DNA of 48,000 bases from Mastigocoleus sp. MO_188.B34 (lineage in GTDB: Bacteria; Cyanobacteriota; Cyanobacteriia; Cyanobacteriales; Nostocaceae). The stretch spans positions 1 through 48,000 of the forward strand of contig NZ_JASJDK010000028.1 of assembly GCF_030065675.1 (NCBI RefSeq), in the 5' to 3' direction. A program made the position numbers and the translations under genes. Shown here in pieces: positions 26,656 through 36,199 of this stretch (position 1 is its first letter; every line of letters starts with the position of its first letter). Under the pieces are notes generated by a model. It was given only the letters and a program-made list of their open reading frames with translations. It was not told the origin of the DNA and did not search any database.

Positions 26656-28296
26656 TTATCCTTTCTGGGAATCTATTGGATTCTCTTTCCAAGTGACTAT
26701 CATTACTTTTGTCTCATCAGTATTAAATGTAAAGGTGATGTATTTAGTAAATTCACCTTTCTTGACTTCATATAGAACACCATTGGTATAATCTTCAACT
26801 TGAGATGTTTCAAAGCCTTGTTCTTCAAGTTTACTCGTAACTATCGAGCCCAATTCATCAGGACTTTTATTAACATCTGCATTAAAAGCTGTTTCTGTTC
26901 CTGGAGTTGGGGTTTGATTCTTATTCGTTTCAGTTGTGTCTAGATATTTTGTCCAGCCAAGTTCTTCATAAAGCTTCGCGAAAGTATTTTCAAATGCTTT
27001 TTCTTCAGGAGTTAGTTCTGGTTTTTTCTCTGTTTCTTCTGATTCTTGAGTTTCTTCAGATTTTTTAAGCTCTTCTAATTGTTCTGAGTCTTCGGATTTT
27101 TTTATTTCCTCAGATTGCTGGGGTTCTTCTGTTTTTTCCTCTCCTTCAGATTTTTCAGATTCCTGACTATTCATAGACTCTTGTGAGCTTTTTATTTCCT
27201 CTAATTCATTAATTTCTTGAGAATCTTCAGGTTTTAAGGATTGAATATTTAGACGGTAACAATCTATTCGCTCTTGGGAAAGTAAAATTACAGTACCTTT
27301 ATCAGTTTGATTGAATAGATGTAAAAATCTATCTTGACCATCCTTGAAAATTTGATAGACTTTTGTATCTGGGGAATCTGCGACTTGTTTTGGTTGATAT
27401 CCTTTTTCGGCTAGGCTTTGGGCAAAATAGCCACTGACTTGAGCAAGAGGATCGGTTGTAAATCTACTGTCTTTATCCTCTTGAGCAACTTTTAATCCAC
27501 ACAACAGTGGTCGAGCATTTTTATAATCAGTTACTCCAGTAAATATGTTGGATTGGGGTATTGCTACTGACTCTTCAGAAGTATTTTCATTAGAGGTTGC
27601 TAGCTCTTCAGTATTACTTTCTATTTCTAAGTTATCTTCTGCTACTGTTGTAGAATCAGGTATATCACCAGAATCTTCTTCTAATATTTCCACAGTATTA
27701 CTACTAGTCTCTATCTCTGGTTCAGATTCCGGTTCGGAAGGTGTAGGTAGATCAACAACATCATCGCTAAAGGAATTATCTCCAGAATCTACAATATCGT
27801 CACTAGAATCACTCACCGAATCTGAAGCATCATCACCTAATTCATTTGTAGTATCAGTATCCAAGGTATCATCATCAGAATCATCTCCAGCATCCGAATC
27901 ATCACTTACATCGTCTCCAGAGTCTGAATCCTCGTCGCTAAAATCTTCATTTTCAGGTAGGGGGGGAAGTTTCTCTACGTCCAAAGACTCTTCACCTTCC
28001 TCTAAACCTTCATTTTCTGGGTCATTTTCTTCTAAATCATTTTCGAAATCATCTTCGAATTCATTGTCAAAATCTTCATCTGAAGTTACTTGCTCGGTAG
28101 TTTCGATGTCTGGATCCTTACCTGACAAAACTGGAATTGCAAGCGCGATCACATGAGCCAAGACTGATAATAGTAATGCAATAACAAATGGGTGTTTAAC
28201 AGATGTATCCTTAAGATTACGCAACTTCGAGAGAAAATCATTTAAGAAAGACCGCAACTTCACAAACAATTCTTTTACAGAAAATGACTTGAACAT
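26656..28296 (-). CDS. membrane-anchored, extremely acidic low-complexity protein with two related C-terminal-half globular modules
   Basis: 546 aa. There is one N-terminal hydrophobic helix (HPFVIALLLSVLAHVIALAIPVL). Long D/E/S tracts follow (DSDSGDDVSDDSDAGDDSDDD; EESEKSEGEEKTEEPQQSEE). Two similar modules are present: ...YFAQSLAEKGYQPKQV...KVYQIFKDGQDRFLHLF... and ...IVTSKLEEQGFETSQV...VLYEVKKGEFTKYITFTF.... Confidence 0.65.
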   Translation of the reverse strand: MFKSFSVKELFVKLRSFLNDFLSKLRNLKDTSVKHPFVIALLLSVLAHVIALAIPVLSGKDPDIETTEQVTSDEDFDNEFEDDFENDLEENDPENEGLEEGEESLDVEKLPPLPENEDFSDEDSDSGDDVSDDSDAGDDSDDDTLDTDTTNELGDDASDSVSDSSDDIVDSGDNSFSDDVVDLPTPSEPESEPEIETSSNTVEILEEDSGDIPDSTTVAEDNLEIESNTEELATSNENTSEESVAIPQSNIFTGVTDYKNARPLLCGLKVAQEDKDSRFTTDPLAQVSGYFAQSLAEKGYQPKQVADSPDTKVYQIFKDGQDRFLHLFNQTDKGTVILLSQERIDCYRLNIQSLKPEDSQEINELEEIKSSQESMNSQESEKSEGEEKTEEPQQSEEIKKSEDSEQLEELKKSEETQESEETEKKPELTPEEKAFENTFAKLYEELGWTKYLDTTETNKNQTPTPGTETAFNADVNKSPDELGSIVTSKLEEQGFETSQVEDYTNGVLYEVKKGEFTKYITFTFNTDETKVMIVTWKENPIDSQKG

Positions 28297-29216
28297 GAAT
28301 ATGCCTCTATTAATCTTAACTGTTTAGTTCGATGCAATATTTCACCAGTCAGTAATTACAGAAATGAAAGGGAAGAATGCAGATTAAAGGACAATTTTAT
28401 AAGGCTAACAAGATTAACTCACAAAGATAGTTAATAATAGTATAAATTTAGGTATCTAATACTTACAATATAATTTGCTAAAGAATTCAATGAGAAGTTA
28501 CAACTATTAATAACGTAAATTACAATACTTCAATTATCATTTATAAGCCAATTTTTACTAATTGTTAGGCTACTTTTTCATTCGTACTATAAATCTTATA
28601 TTCAGCAAATTGAGAATTAGTCAGAAAAAACTAGCCATGATTTTTAAGTAAACACACATACAGAAGTTATATGTCGATACAAAAATTTAGTTTATGCTTT
28701 AGAAACTAAGTTTATTTCCTTATCATATATAAGCTTTACAAAGCTTTTTCTTACAGCAATCATGTTTAGCCTAGGGAATTTGTAATATAAAAAAATGCTT
28801 TTTTGAGATTCTCTGAGGTCAAACTTTCAGTCGTTCGCTAAATACTTAACAAGTAATTCAAAATCGAAATATTGAACTTATATTGATTTAGATAATAAAA
28901 ACATTTCATATTTTATTACAATATAAACAATTTATTTTGATATGACTACTTGTATGTGTAATAAATAATTATTTTTCCACTAATTATACAAAAAACATCT
29001 TCTTTTTTTGTTTTTCTGTAAAATGTTGTCTTTTTCGATAGTTAATATCTATAATTAATTTCTAGGTGAAAATGTTAAAATTAATTCAGTAATTGTAAGA
29101 TTTAAACTTGTTAATATTAATTGAATATGCAGCCATTATTATACGTTTTTTTGATTCGGATAAAAGTATTATTTTGGCTTTAAAAAACATAATTTTAAAT
29201 AGATTTTCTGCGTTAC

Positions 29217-29246
29217 TTTTAGTTTCGTTAACCTCATATTAAACCT
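29217..29246 (+). promoter_or_regulatory. candidate Pho box upstream of pstS
   Basis: cTTTTAGTttcgTTAACCTcataTTAAACCT places TTAA-type 8-mers with 11-bp spacing (TTAA starts at 29228 and 29239), about 65-95 nt upstream of the pstS ATG. The cyanobacterial consensus is PyTTAAPyPy(T/A) x3. The background is AT-rich, so chance is a real alternative. Confidence 0.3.
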
Positions 29247-29310
29247 TGAAGTAGTAGGGTTATATCAGTCTGTGGATCAACAGAAAGTACTTCCCTGATA
29301 GTGAGGATAT

Positions 29311-30351
29311 ATGAAGTTTTCGACTACCGTTTTGAATCGTGTAGTTACCAGTTCTGTTGTAGCTGCTGCTGTAGTATTGGGACCTATTTTTACTGCAGTT
29401 GCTCAAGCAGAAAGTCTCAAAGGTGCAGGTGCTAGTTTCCCTAATCCTTTGTATCAGCGTTATGCTCGCGAAGTTAGAAAAAAGTATCCTAACCTAAAAG
29501 TTAACTATCAAGCTTGTGGTAGTAGCTGCGGTATCCGTCAAACCATCAAAGGAACCGTTGACTTTGGCGGTAGCGATGCAGCTATGAAGAATAGCGAAAT
29601 CAAAAAAGTTCGTCGTGGTGTCATTCTAGTTCCCACCGCAGGTGGTGCTGTTTCAGTTGTTTACAATCTCCCTGGTGTAAAGAACCTTAAACTTTCCCGC
29701 ACTACCCTACCCCTAATCTTCGCTGGTAGAATCAAACGTTGGAATGACGCCAGAATTAAAAAAGATAACCCTGGTGTAAAACTACCTAATAGAAGAATTA
29801 CCCCAGTTGTACGTGCAGATGGTAGTGGTACAACTTTCATCTTTACCAACCACTTAGCTACAATCAATGGCTATTTCAGAGGTAGAGTTGGTCGCGGTAA
29901 GAAGCCCAGATGGACTTTAAGAAGAGTTCTTAAGGGTAAGGGTAATGCAGGTGTTGCTAACCTAGTTAGACGTACCCGTGGTGGAATCGGTTACGTAAAC
30001 TACTCTTTTGCTGTTAAGAACAGACTTAAGTCTGCAAGAGTACAAAATAAGAGCAAGCAGTTTGTCGCTCCTTCTTTGAAGGCTGCAAATCAAGCTTTAG
30101 GAAGTGTTAAATTCCCCAAAAATTACCGCATATTTGTAGGTGACTCCAACAAAGGTTATCCCATCGTTGGATTAACCTGGATGATGGTCTACAAGAATTA
30201 TCCTTCCAAAGCTAAGGCTGCTGCTGTTAAGAAGTGGGTCAACTGGGTTATGACCGAAGGTCAAAAGTACAATGCTGGATTGCAATATACACGTATTCCT
30301 AAGAGCGTAGTTAATCGCGTACTTAAGGATGTAAATACCAAAGTTAAGTAA
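29311..30351 (+). CDS. pstS: phosphate ABC transporter substrate-binding protein
   Basis: A signal-like N-terminus (VVAAAVVLGPIFTAVAQA) is followed by LKGAGASFPNPLY, GSSCGI, VRADGSGTTFIFT and GYPIVGLTWMMVY. It is the first gene of pstSCAB. Confidence 0.85.
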   Translation: MKFSTTVLNRVVTSSVVAAAVVLGPIFTAVAQAESLKGAGASFPNPLYQRYAREVRKKYPNLKVNYQACGSSCGIRQTIKGTVDFGGSDAAMKNSEIKKVRRGVILVPTAGGAVSVVYNLPGVKNLKLSRTTLPLIFAGRIKRWNDARIKKDNPGVKLPNRRITPVVRADGSGTTFIFTNHLATINGYFRGRVGRGKKPRWTLRRVLKGKGNAGVANLVRRTRGGIGYVNYSFAVKNRLKSARVQNKSKQFVAPSLKAANQALGSVKFPKNYRIFVGDSNKGYPIVGLTWMMVYKNYPSKAKAAAVKKWVNWVMTEGQKYNAGLQYTRIPKSVVNRVLKDVNTKVK

Positions 30352-30408
30352 ATAAATTTATTTAGTTTGTTACTTAACTAATTAATAGCGTGACCGCTTA
30401 ATGGCTTG

Positions 30409-30446
30409 ATTCTTGTAGGGTGGGTAATACCCGCCCTATTCTTGTA
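30409..30446. repeat. 20-bp hairpin insert flanked by a 9-bp direct repeat
   Basis: attcttgta (30409-30417) + gggtgggtaatacccgccct (30418-30437) + attcttgta (30438-30446), in the pstS-pstC spacer. Confidence 0.55.
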
Positions 30447-30471
30447 CCAAAAATTTATTTATTGATGAGCA

Positions 30472-31443
30472 ATGGAAAATTCATCAGTGCAACAGGTTGA
30501 CGATTCCTTGAATATAACAAGTAGCACAGGACGCAGTTTTTGGATAGATCGAAGTTTTAATGTACTGGTTCATTGTTTTGCCCTAATTACAGTTAATATA
30601 CTGCTTTGGATGATTGCAGTTGTCTACAGAGAAGCAAAACCTGCGATCAATAAATTTGGTCTGGATTTTATTTGGAGTCAAGACTGGGATACTCTTCAAG
30701 GTTTGTATGGAGCATTACCATATATTTATGGAACCTTAGTAAGTAGTGGACTTGCTATTTTAATCGCTATCCCTGTAGGCTTAGCAGTAGCACTGGTTAC
30801 CAGTGAAGACTTTTTGCCAGACTGGGTAAAGTCACCAATCGCTTTTATTGTAGAGTTAATTGCTGCAATACCCAGTGTAATTATCGGTTTGTGGGCAATT
30901 TATGTCTTAATTCCCTTTTTAATACCTGTACAGGAGTGGTTATACAACAATCTGAGTTGGATCCCACTGTTTGATACAGAGGATACATCTGGTAATAACA
31001 TGATGACAGCAGCAATTGTTCTGGCAATTATGATTTTGCCAACAATGGCAGCTATTAGTCGTGATGTACTTCTAGTAATTCCCAAACAGCTACGTACTGG
31101 TGCAATGGCTTTGGGCTCTACCCGTTGGGAAACTATTTTTCGAGTACTGTTACCTGCTGGCTTCTCCGGTATCGTTGGTGCAACCATGCTTGCTTTGGGA
31201 AGGGCTTTAGGGGAAACTATGGCTGTGACGATGGTAATAGGTAACTTTAATCAGATCAAACCTTCGTTACTTGAAGCAGCCTATACAATTCCTGCTGTCC
31301 TTGCTAATGAATTTGCTGAAGCAGAAAATAGGTTACATGTTGGCGCTTTAACATATTTAGCTTTGATTTTGTTTGCTTTGACCCTAGCTGTAAATATTGG
31401 TGCTGTGATATTAGTGCAGGTACTTGACCGAAACAAGAAATAA
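30472..31443 (+). CDS. pstC: phosphate ABC transporter permease
   Basis: 323 aa and multi-pass, with the EAA-type loop MALGSTRWETIFRVLLP. Its position follows pstS. Confidence 0.9.
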   Translation: MENSSVQQVDDSLNITSSTGRSFWIDRSFNVLVHCFALITVNILLWMIAVVYREAKPAINKFGLDFIWSQDWDTLQGLYGALPYIYGTLVSSGLAILIAIPVGLAVALVTSEDFLPDWVKSPIAFIVELIAAIPSVIIGLWAIYVLIPFLIPVQEWLYNNLSWIPLFDTEDTSGNNMMTAAIVLAIMILPTMAAISRDVLLVIPKQLRTGAMALGSTRWETIFRVLLPAGFSGIVGATMLALGRALGETMAVTMVIGNFNQIKPSLLEAAYTIPAVLANEFAEAENRLHVGALTYLALILFALTLAVNIGAVILVQVLDRNKK

Positions 31444-31492
31444 TTGGTCATGAATCGCTAAACATTAGTACTGGTCATCAAACAAATGATAA

Positions 31493-32413
31493 ATGACAAA
31501 AAACAAGGATGAAGAACAAATGAGTTCTTACCAAAAATCAAATGAAAATGAGTCCGTAGCTGCAGAGTTATGTACCCCACTACCCCATCGGCGTCAGTTG
31601 TTCAGTAATGGGATGAACTCCGTAGCTTTGATTTTTTCCCTCCTAGCATTACTTCCTCTCATCTCACTAGTGTGGGAAATTTTACTCAGGGGCTTACCCA
31701 ATCTCAAGCTAGAGTTATTCTACTCATCATTTATTGATGGTGGATTTGCTAACGCCATTATTGGTACCATCACAATGGTTGCGATCGCGTCAGTATTGAG
31801 TGTTCCTTGTGGAGTTATGACAGGAATATTCTTAGCTGAATTCGGTCAACAAAGTTCTGCTGCTCGCTTAGTTCGCTTTATTGCAACTATTTTGACTGGC
31901 GTTCCTTCAATCGTTGTCGGTGTTTTTGCTTACGGTGCAGTTGTTTTAACCACAACTCAATGGACAAACGGACAATATAGTTTTAGCGCCTTTGCCGGTG
32001 GTTTTGCTCTAGGGGTAATTATGCTACCGGTTATTACTCTGACAACAGAGGAAGTATTGAAACTAATTCCTAAACCTCTACGCCTAGCATCTGCAGCTTT
32101 AGGTGGAACTACTTTTCAAACCACATCTCGAGTTTTACTTCCTGCAGGAATACCTGGAATTACTACCGGTATTTTACTCGCGGTCGCCCGTGCAGCAGGT
32201 GAAACAGCACCACTAATTTTTACAGCTCTATTTAGCTTTTATTGGTCAGAAGGAATATTCAAAGAAACAGCATCATTACCGGTATTGATTTTTAACTTCT
32301 TTACCGATGACGATCCAAAAATTGTTGAACTAGTCTGGACAGCTTCTATCGTTCTTGTTGGATTAGTCTTATTCTTTAACCTCCTTTCTCGTATCGTTAC
32401 GCGCCGCAAATAA
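31493..32413 (+). CDS. pstA: phosphate ABC transporter permease
   Basis: 306 aa with [19 protein letters not shown] and [14 protein letters not shown]. The true start may be a downstream Met (MSSYQ...). Confidence 0.9.
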   Translation: MTKNKDEEQMSSYQKSNENESVAAELCTPLPHRRQLFSNGMNSVALIFSLLALLPLISLVWEILLRGLPNLKLELFYSSFIDGGFANAIIGTITMVAIASVLSVPCGVMTGIFLAEFGQQSSAARLVRFIATILTGVPSIVVGVFAYGAVVLTTTQWTNGQYSFSAFAGGFALGVIMLPVITLTTEEVLKLIPKPLRLASAALGGTTFQTTSRVLLPAGIPGITTGILLAVARAAGETAPLIFTALFSFYWSEGIFKETASLPVLIFNFFTDDDPKIVELVWTASIVLVGLVLFFNLLSRIVTRRK

Positions 32414-32462
32414 AACCCGAATATTAAGCCAGATAGTTGATTTTCCTACATATTCCCCAAGC

Positions 32463-33242
32463 ATGAATAACTTAGTTCCAGCTATCAGAGTCAAAAACCT
32501 CAGCTTTTTCTACGGCACTTTCAAAGCGCTTGAAGGTGTTTCAATGGATATTTACCGAAATAAAGTTACGGCATTAATCGGTTCTAGCGGTTGCGGTAAA
32601 TCCACTTTTATCAAATCTTTGAATCGAATTAGCGAATTAGAAGCTGATGTCACAATCGAAGGAAGTGTAGAATTTTTTGGTCAAAATATCTACAGTCGGC
32701 GCGTTAACTTAAATCGGCTTCGTCGCCAAATCGGGATGGTATTCCAAAAGCCGAATCTTTTTCCTATGAGCATTTATGACAATGTTGCTTATGGTTTAAG
32801 AATAGAATCATGGCGTCCCAAATCTGAGTTAGATGAGATCGTAGAGTCTGCCATTAGAGGTGCAGCTTTATGGAATGAAGTCAAGGATAAACTACACCAA
32901 TCAGCTTTAGGTCTGTCTGGAGGACAACAACAGCGTCTCTGTATCGCCAGAGCTTTAGCGGTTAAACCCAGAGTTCTCTTAATGGATGAACCTTGTTCTG
33001 CTCTCGATCCTCTCTCAACAATGAAAGTAGAAGAACTCATTCACAGCTTGCGTGACGATTTCACAATTGTTATTGTTACCCACAATATGCAGCAAGCAAG
33101 ACGTGTCTCTGATTTCACTGCTTTCTTTAGCACCGATGAAAGTCGTATCGGTCAAATGATCGAATTCGGTTCTACAGAGCAAATTTTCAACAATCCTCTT
33201 GATAAACGTACCCGTGACTATGTTGAAGGACGCTTCGGTTAA
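32463..33242 (+). CDS. pstB: phosphate ABC transporter ATP-binding protein
   Basis: Walker [10 protein letters not shown], signature [14 protein letters not shown], Walker [12 protein letters not shown], and the PstB-typical C-terminus [11 protein letters not shown]. Confidence 0.95.
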   Translation: MNNLVPAIRVKNLSFFYGTFKALEGVSMDIYRNKVTALIGSSGCGKSTFIKSLNRISELEADVTIEGSVEFFGQNIYSRRVNLNRLRRQIGMVFQKPNLFPMSIYDNVAYGLRIESWRPKSELDEIVESAIRGAALWNEVKDKLHQSALGLSGGQQQRLCIARALAVKPRVLLMDEPCSALDPLSTMKVEELIHSLRDDFTIVIVTHNMQQARRVSDFTAFFSTDESRIGQMIEFGSTEQIFNNPLDKRTRDYVEGRFG

Positions 33243-34028
33243 TTAGGAGCAAAGTGAAAATTCTATGTCTTATATCAGGGTGTAGCTCCTCTAGTGATTT
33301 ATTATTTGAATTATTTAATTTGAATTATTTAACTTGAATTGTTTGAGCCTAATGAATATAGAATCTTAAGTCATACAAGACTTAAAAAATACACAATTTA
33401 ATACTCAATTAAAAGTATGATAGATATATCATGTAGTAACCATTGGCGTCACATATATATTATTTGATTAAATTGTTCAATTATCAACCGAAAGGGTGAA
33501 CCTAAAACCTGGGGGAATTTAGTAAAATATGAATTATTGGGAGTTTTTCAAGATTTTCAGCCCTTCTTAGGCGCTTTGTTGTCAGGAGACCTTTATAAAT
33601 TAAAACTCACTAAATCAAATCCACCAAGACAAAGTAAATCAAATATCGCTCTTCCATTATTCACATGAGATGAAACTTTCAAACTGTAAAATCCCCGACA
33701 TAGAATGGTCAAGGTCAACATGATTCCACATGAATACGGAACTGAATACCTATAATTTCTTATTTCCCGCCCGATGATGGAAGAGCGATAGCGGCTAAAA
33801 CACTCCTAAATCATTACTTAAGGAATCACACTTCATAGCATCATTCATTATGCTCTGTCATATTTCCTTGCAATAACAGGAGTTAGAAGATAGGAGGCAG
33901 AAGTGGAATACGCTTTGCAAGCGCTTCACAGCGTTTTAAGTGTACTTAACTTACTTGAAATCTATGATATATCTACGACTTAGTTGTCCCCTAATTCAAA
34001 AACCAAAAAATAAACCGTTGTATTTGTC

Positions 34029-34691
34029 TCAGAGTAAGCCACGATAGCGAATAAAGACCAAAATCACTGCCCAGCTTCCCAAAGCCACCTTAATTGCAAC
34101 CAAGATGTTGAAAAGGGGAAGAAGACCGCCACTGATAAGTGCACCTAACTCTCCATGTGGTAATTCTATCCCACACAAAGTAACGACTGATAGAACAATG
34201 AAAAGCAATACCGAAAGTTTTTCCCAGGTTGCAGCACGCCAGCGCTGGTAGATATTCTGCATCCACTCGGAACTAGAAGTGATTGCAACTAGTCCAATTG
34301 CTGTTCCACCTGCTACCCCAGCAGAAAACCCACCACCGGGACTCAAATGTCCCCTAATTGCCAATTCAATACCCACTAATGCAGCAATGATAGCTCCCAA
34401 ACGAGCCAGAACTATGGAAGGTTCATCAGTGAATTGATAGATAGTACAAGATGGCTTTTCATTGGCGAGCAAGTACTTTGCACCCAAAATTGCGATCGTA
34501 AAAACTACTACTTCGAAAATTGTATCGTATAGTCTATTGCGGAAAATAATACCTGATACAGCATTCGGAACCCCACTGTCTTGTACAACTAATTGAGCAA
34601 TTGATGTTTGCAATGGCTCAGTTGTCGGATCTGGCATCACTAACATTTTGATGAATAGCGCTATACCCGCTAAAATGTAGATCCATTTCAT
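34029..34691 (-). CDS. mrpB: Mrp/Mnh cation:proton antiporter subunit B
   Basis: The MnhB-domain motif NAVSGIIFRNRLYDTIFEVVVFTIAILGA is present. It is the last gene of a seven-gene chain whose coding regions overlap by 1-4 nt. Confidence 0.7.
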   Translation of the reverse strand: MKWIYILAGIALFIKMLVMPDPTTEPLQTSIAQLVVQDSGVPNAVSGIIFRNRLYDTIFEVVVFTIAILGAKYLLANEKPSCTIYQFTDEPSIVLARLGAIIAALVGIELAIRGHLSPGGGFSAGVAGGTAIGLVAITSSSEWMQNIYQRWRAATWEKLSVLLFIVLSVVTLCGIELPHGELGALISGGLLPLFNILVAIKVALGSWAVILVFIRYRGLL

Positions 34692-35287
34692 TAGTGCTTC
34701 TCCTCAGTCGGGCTGACATAGGTAAGGTTTATTTCTGATGATGAAAGCTCTGCTTTCATGATTTCATATAGACGTTGAACCCTTGTTGCGGTGCAATATT
34801 GCGTTGCGGTAATCAGCGCTCCATGGTCTTGACCACTGTATTCTGGCAAACACTGGGGAGCAAAGGTTGTATGGACATCTTTATCCATCAGCGCTCGCTG
34901 CAAAGCCTTTGGATTGTTATAGTGGACTACTTCCACCCGCATATGGTGTTTACCAAAAATATTTCTCAAGTCAGCTACTAGTTCTCCCAAGTGCTCTGAA
35001 TCACCCCCTGCATCAATTGAATCACCTTCGAGCACTCCCAGACGCATTACTAAGGATGAACGCACAGCCACCGCATAGAGAGTAATTGCCAACAAGGTAC
35101 CTACTAACGCTTCGGTTAAAGCTACATCTGGCGCTCCCAACACTGCATAAACTAAAGCTGCTATTGCTCCTAATACCCCTCTCAAAAGCAAAGCATGGTA
35201 TGGGTTAACTTGAAACACAAGCATACATGCAGACAATGGTAGCAGGGCAATAATGACATAAATGTAAAGGTCGATACTGTTATTCAT
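34691..35287 (-). CDS. DUF4040 / MrpA-C-terminal-like membrane subunit with extra soluble C-terminal ~100 aa
   Basis: LGAPDVALTEALVGTLL is the MrpA-C/MbhD-type signature. TAATG overlaps occur at both ends. Confidence 0.6.
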   Translation of the reverse strand: MNNSIDLYIYVIIALLPLSACMLVFQVNPYHALLLRGVLGAIAALVYAVLGAPDVALTEALVGTLLAITLYAVAVRSSLVMRLGVLEGDSIDAGGDSEHLGELVADLRNIFGKHHMRVEVVHYNNPKALQRALMDKDVHTTFAPQCLPEYSGQDHGALITATQYCTATRVQRLYEIMKAELSSSEINLTYVSPTEEKH

Positions 35288-35562
35288 TATTTACCCCCAG
35301 TAGTAGAACAATATGCCAATACATACCCCAATACTGTATTCCATATTGCCAGAGAAATTATGGCAAGAACAAGTAGTGGCCATTCATTAGGTATTTTGAT
35401 TAGCAATCCGACTGTGATACTCATAGAGCCAAGCGTATCTGCGACCGAAAGACTATGCAATTTGAATAGTACAGAACGCTTACCAAGCAGCGGAAATGTT
35501 CCCCAGAACCAGAAAACTATTCCAATGCCGATGCAGGTATAACTTAGAATGTCCAAAATCAT
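35287..35562 (-). CDS. mrpG: Mrp/Mnh antiporter subunit G
   Basis: From the ATG at 35562: MILDILSYTCIGIGIVFWFWGTFPLLGKRSVLFKLHSLSVADTLG (MnhG pattern RxHaxxxxDTLG). The longer ORF to 35652 overlaps mrpF and is unlikely. Confidence 0.65.
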   Translation of the reverse strand: MILDILSYTCIGIGIVFWFWGTFPLLGKRSVLFKLHSLSVADTLGSMSITVGLLIKIPNEWPLLVLAIISLAIWNTVLGYVLAYCSTTGGK

Positions 35563-35813
35563 CAGTTTAATCTTCTTATGACATGTGCTAACAACATTAG
35601 AGCTGCATTTCCTACACTCAAGATGATGACGCCACCAAGACCGATCATCCAATCATCTCGTAAGACAGATACAACCAAAATCATAATTGATGTTTTACTG
35701 GCAATACTTGAAAACGCCAAGGTTGTTTGCCAAATATCATCATCTTTCCAAGCTTCGTACATGGGGATGAGAAGAGCCAGAATCATCACCATTAGTACTA
35801 TATGTAGGTTCAT
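35562..35813 (-). CDS. mrpF: Mrp/Mnh antiporter subunit F
   Basis: From the ATG at 35813 (ATGA overlap with the mrpE stop): MNLHIVLMVMILALLIP... It is a three-helix small membrane protein in the F position of the operon. Confidence 0.55.
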   Translation of the reverse strand: MNLHIVLMVMILALLIPMYEAWKDDDIWQTTLAFSSIASKTSIMILVVSVLRDDWMIGLGGVIILSVGNAALMLLAHVIRRLN

Positions 35814-36199
35814 GAAGCTTTCCTCCGTTTTACCCAATGTACTTCATACCAACCTTTTTCGTGATATTTCAAAACGATAGTCTTAGGTGTAAATGTGATT
35901 ATAAATACATCTAAGAAGATTAAACCTGGTGTCCTTCCTGGTCGAACTCGCTCTAGAGTTACATCCTCATGTTGATGGGGAAAGAACATGATCTGTAGTG
36001 CCTCAAGATATGCTTGGGGAACTGCTACTAGAGCCTCATAAAGAGCTCTGAACCAATCTTTCAATGGTCCCGGGCTTTTAAGACGTCCCGGTAATAAAAG
36101 GGCGACACTAACACCAATGATAATATTTGCTACACTCAGATTGGCGGTGAGCAGAAACCAAATAACTAGTCGCAATATCAGATTTAAATATCCAATCAT
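35810..36199 (-). CDS. mrpE: Mrp/Mnh antiporter subunit E
   Basis: From the ATG at 36199 (ATGA overlap with the mrpD stop): MIGYLNLILRLVIWFLLTANLS...TFTPKTIVL (MnhE LTPGT-like motif). Confidence 0.6.
   Translation of the reverse strand: MIGYLNLILRLVIWFLLTANLSVANIIIGVSVALLLPGRLKSPGPLKDWFRALYEALVAVPQAYLEALQIMFFPHQHEDVTLERVRPGRTPGLIFLDVFIITFTPKTIVLKYHEKGWYEVHWVKRRKAS

Noticed and set aside
27545-28156. 203-aa Ser-rich ORF on the plus strand
   Set aside because: It is the mirror image of the D/E/S-rich codons (GAn/TCn) of the acidic protein gene on the minus strand. It is low-complexity with no start context, so it is an antisense artefact.
28120-28200. TonB-like SxxxH motif (SVLAH) in the N-terminal helix of the acidic protein
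   Set aside because: There is no Pro-rich spacer and no TonB C-terminal domain signature. A four-residue pattern in one helix is insufficient.
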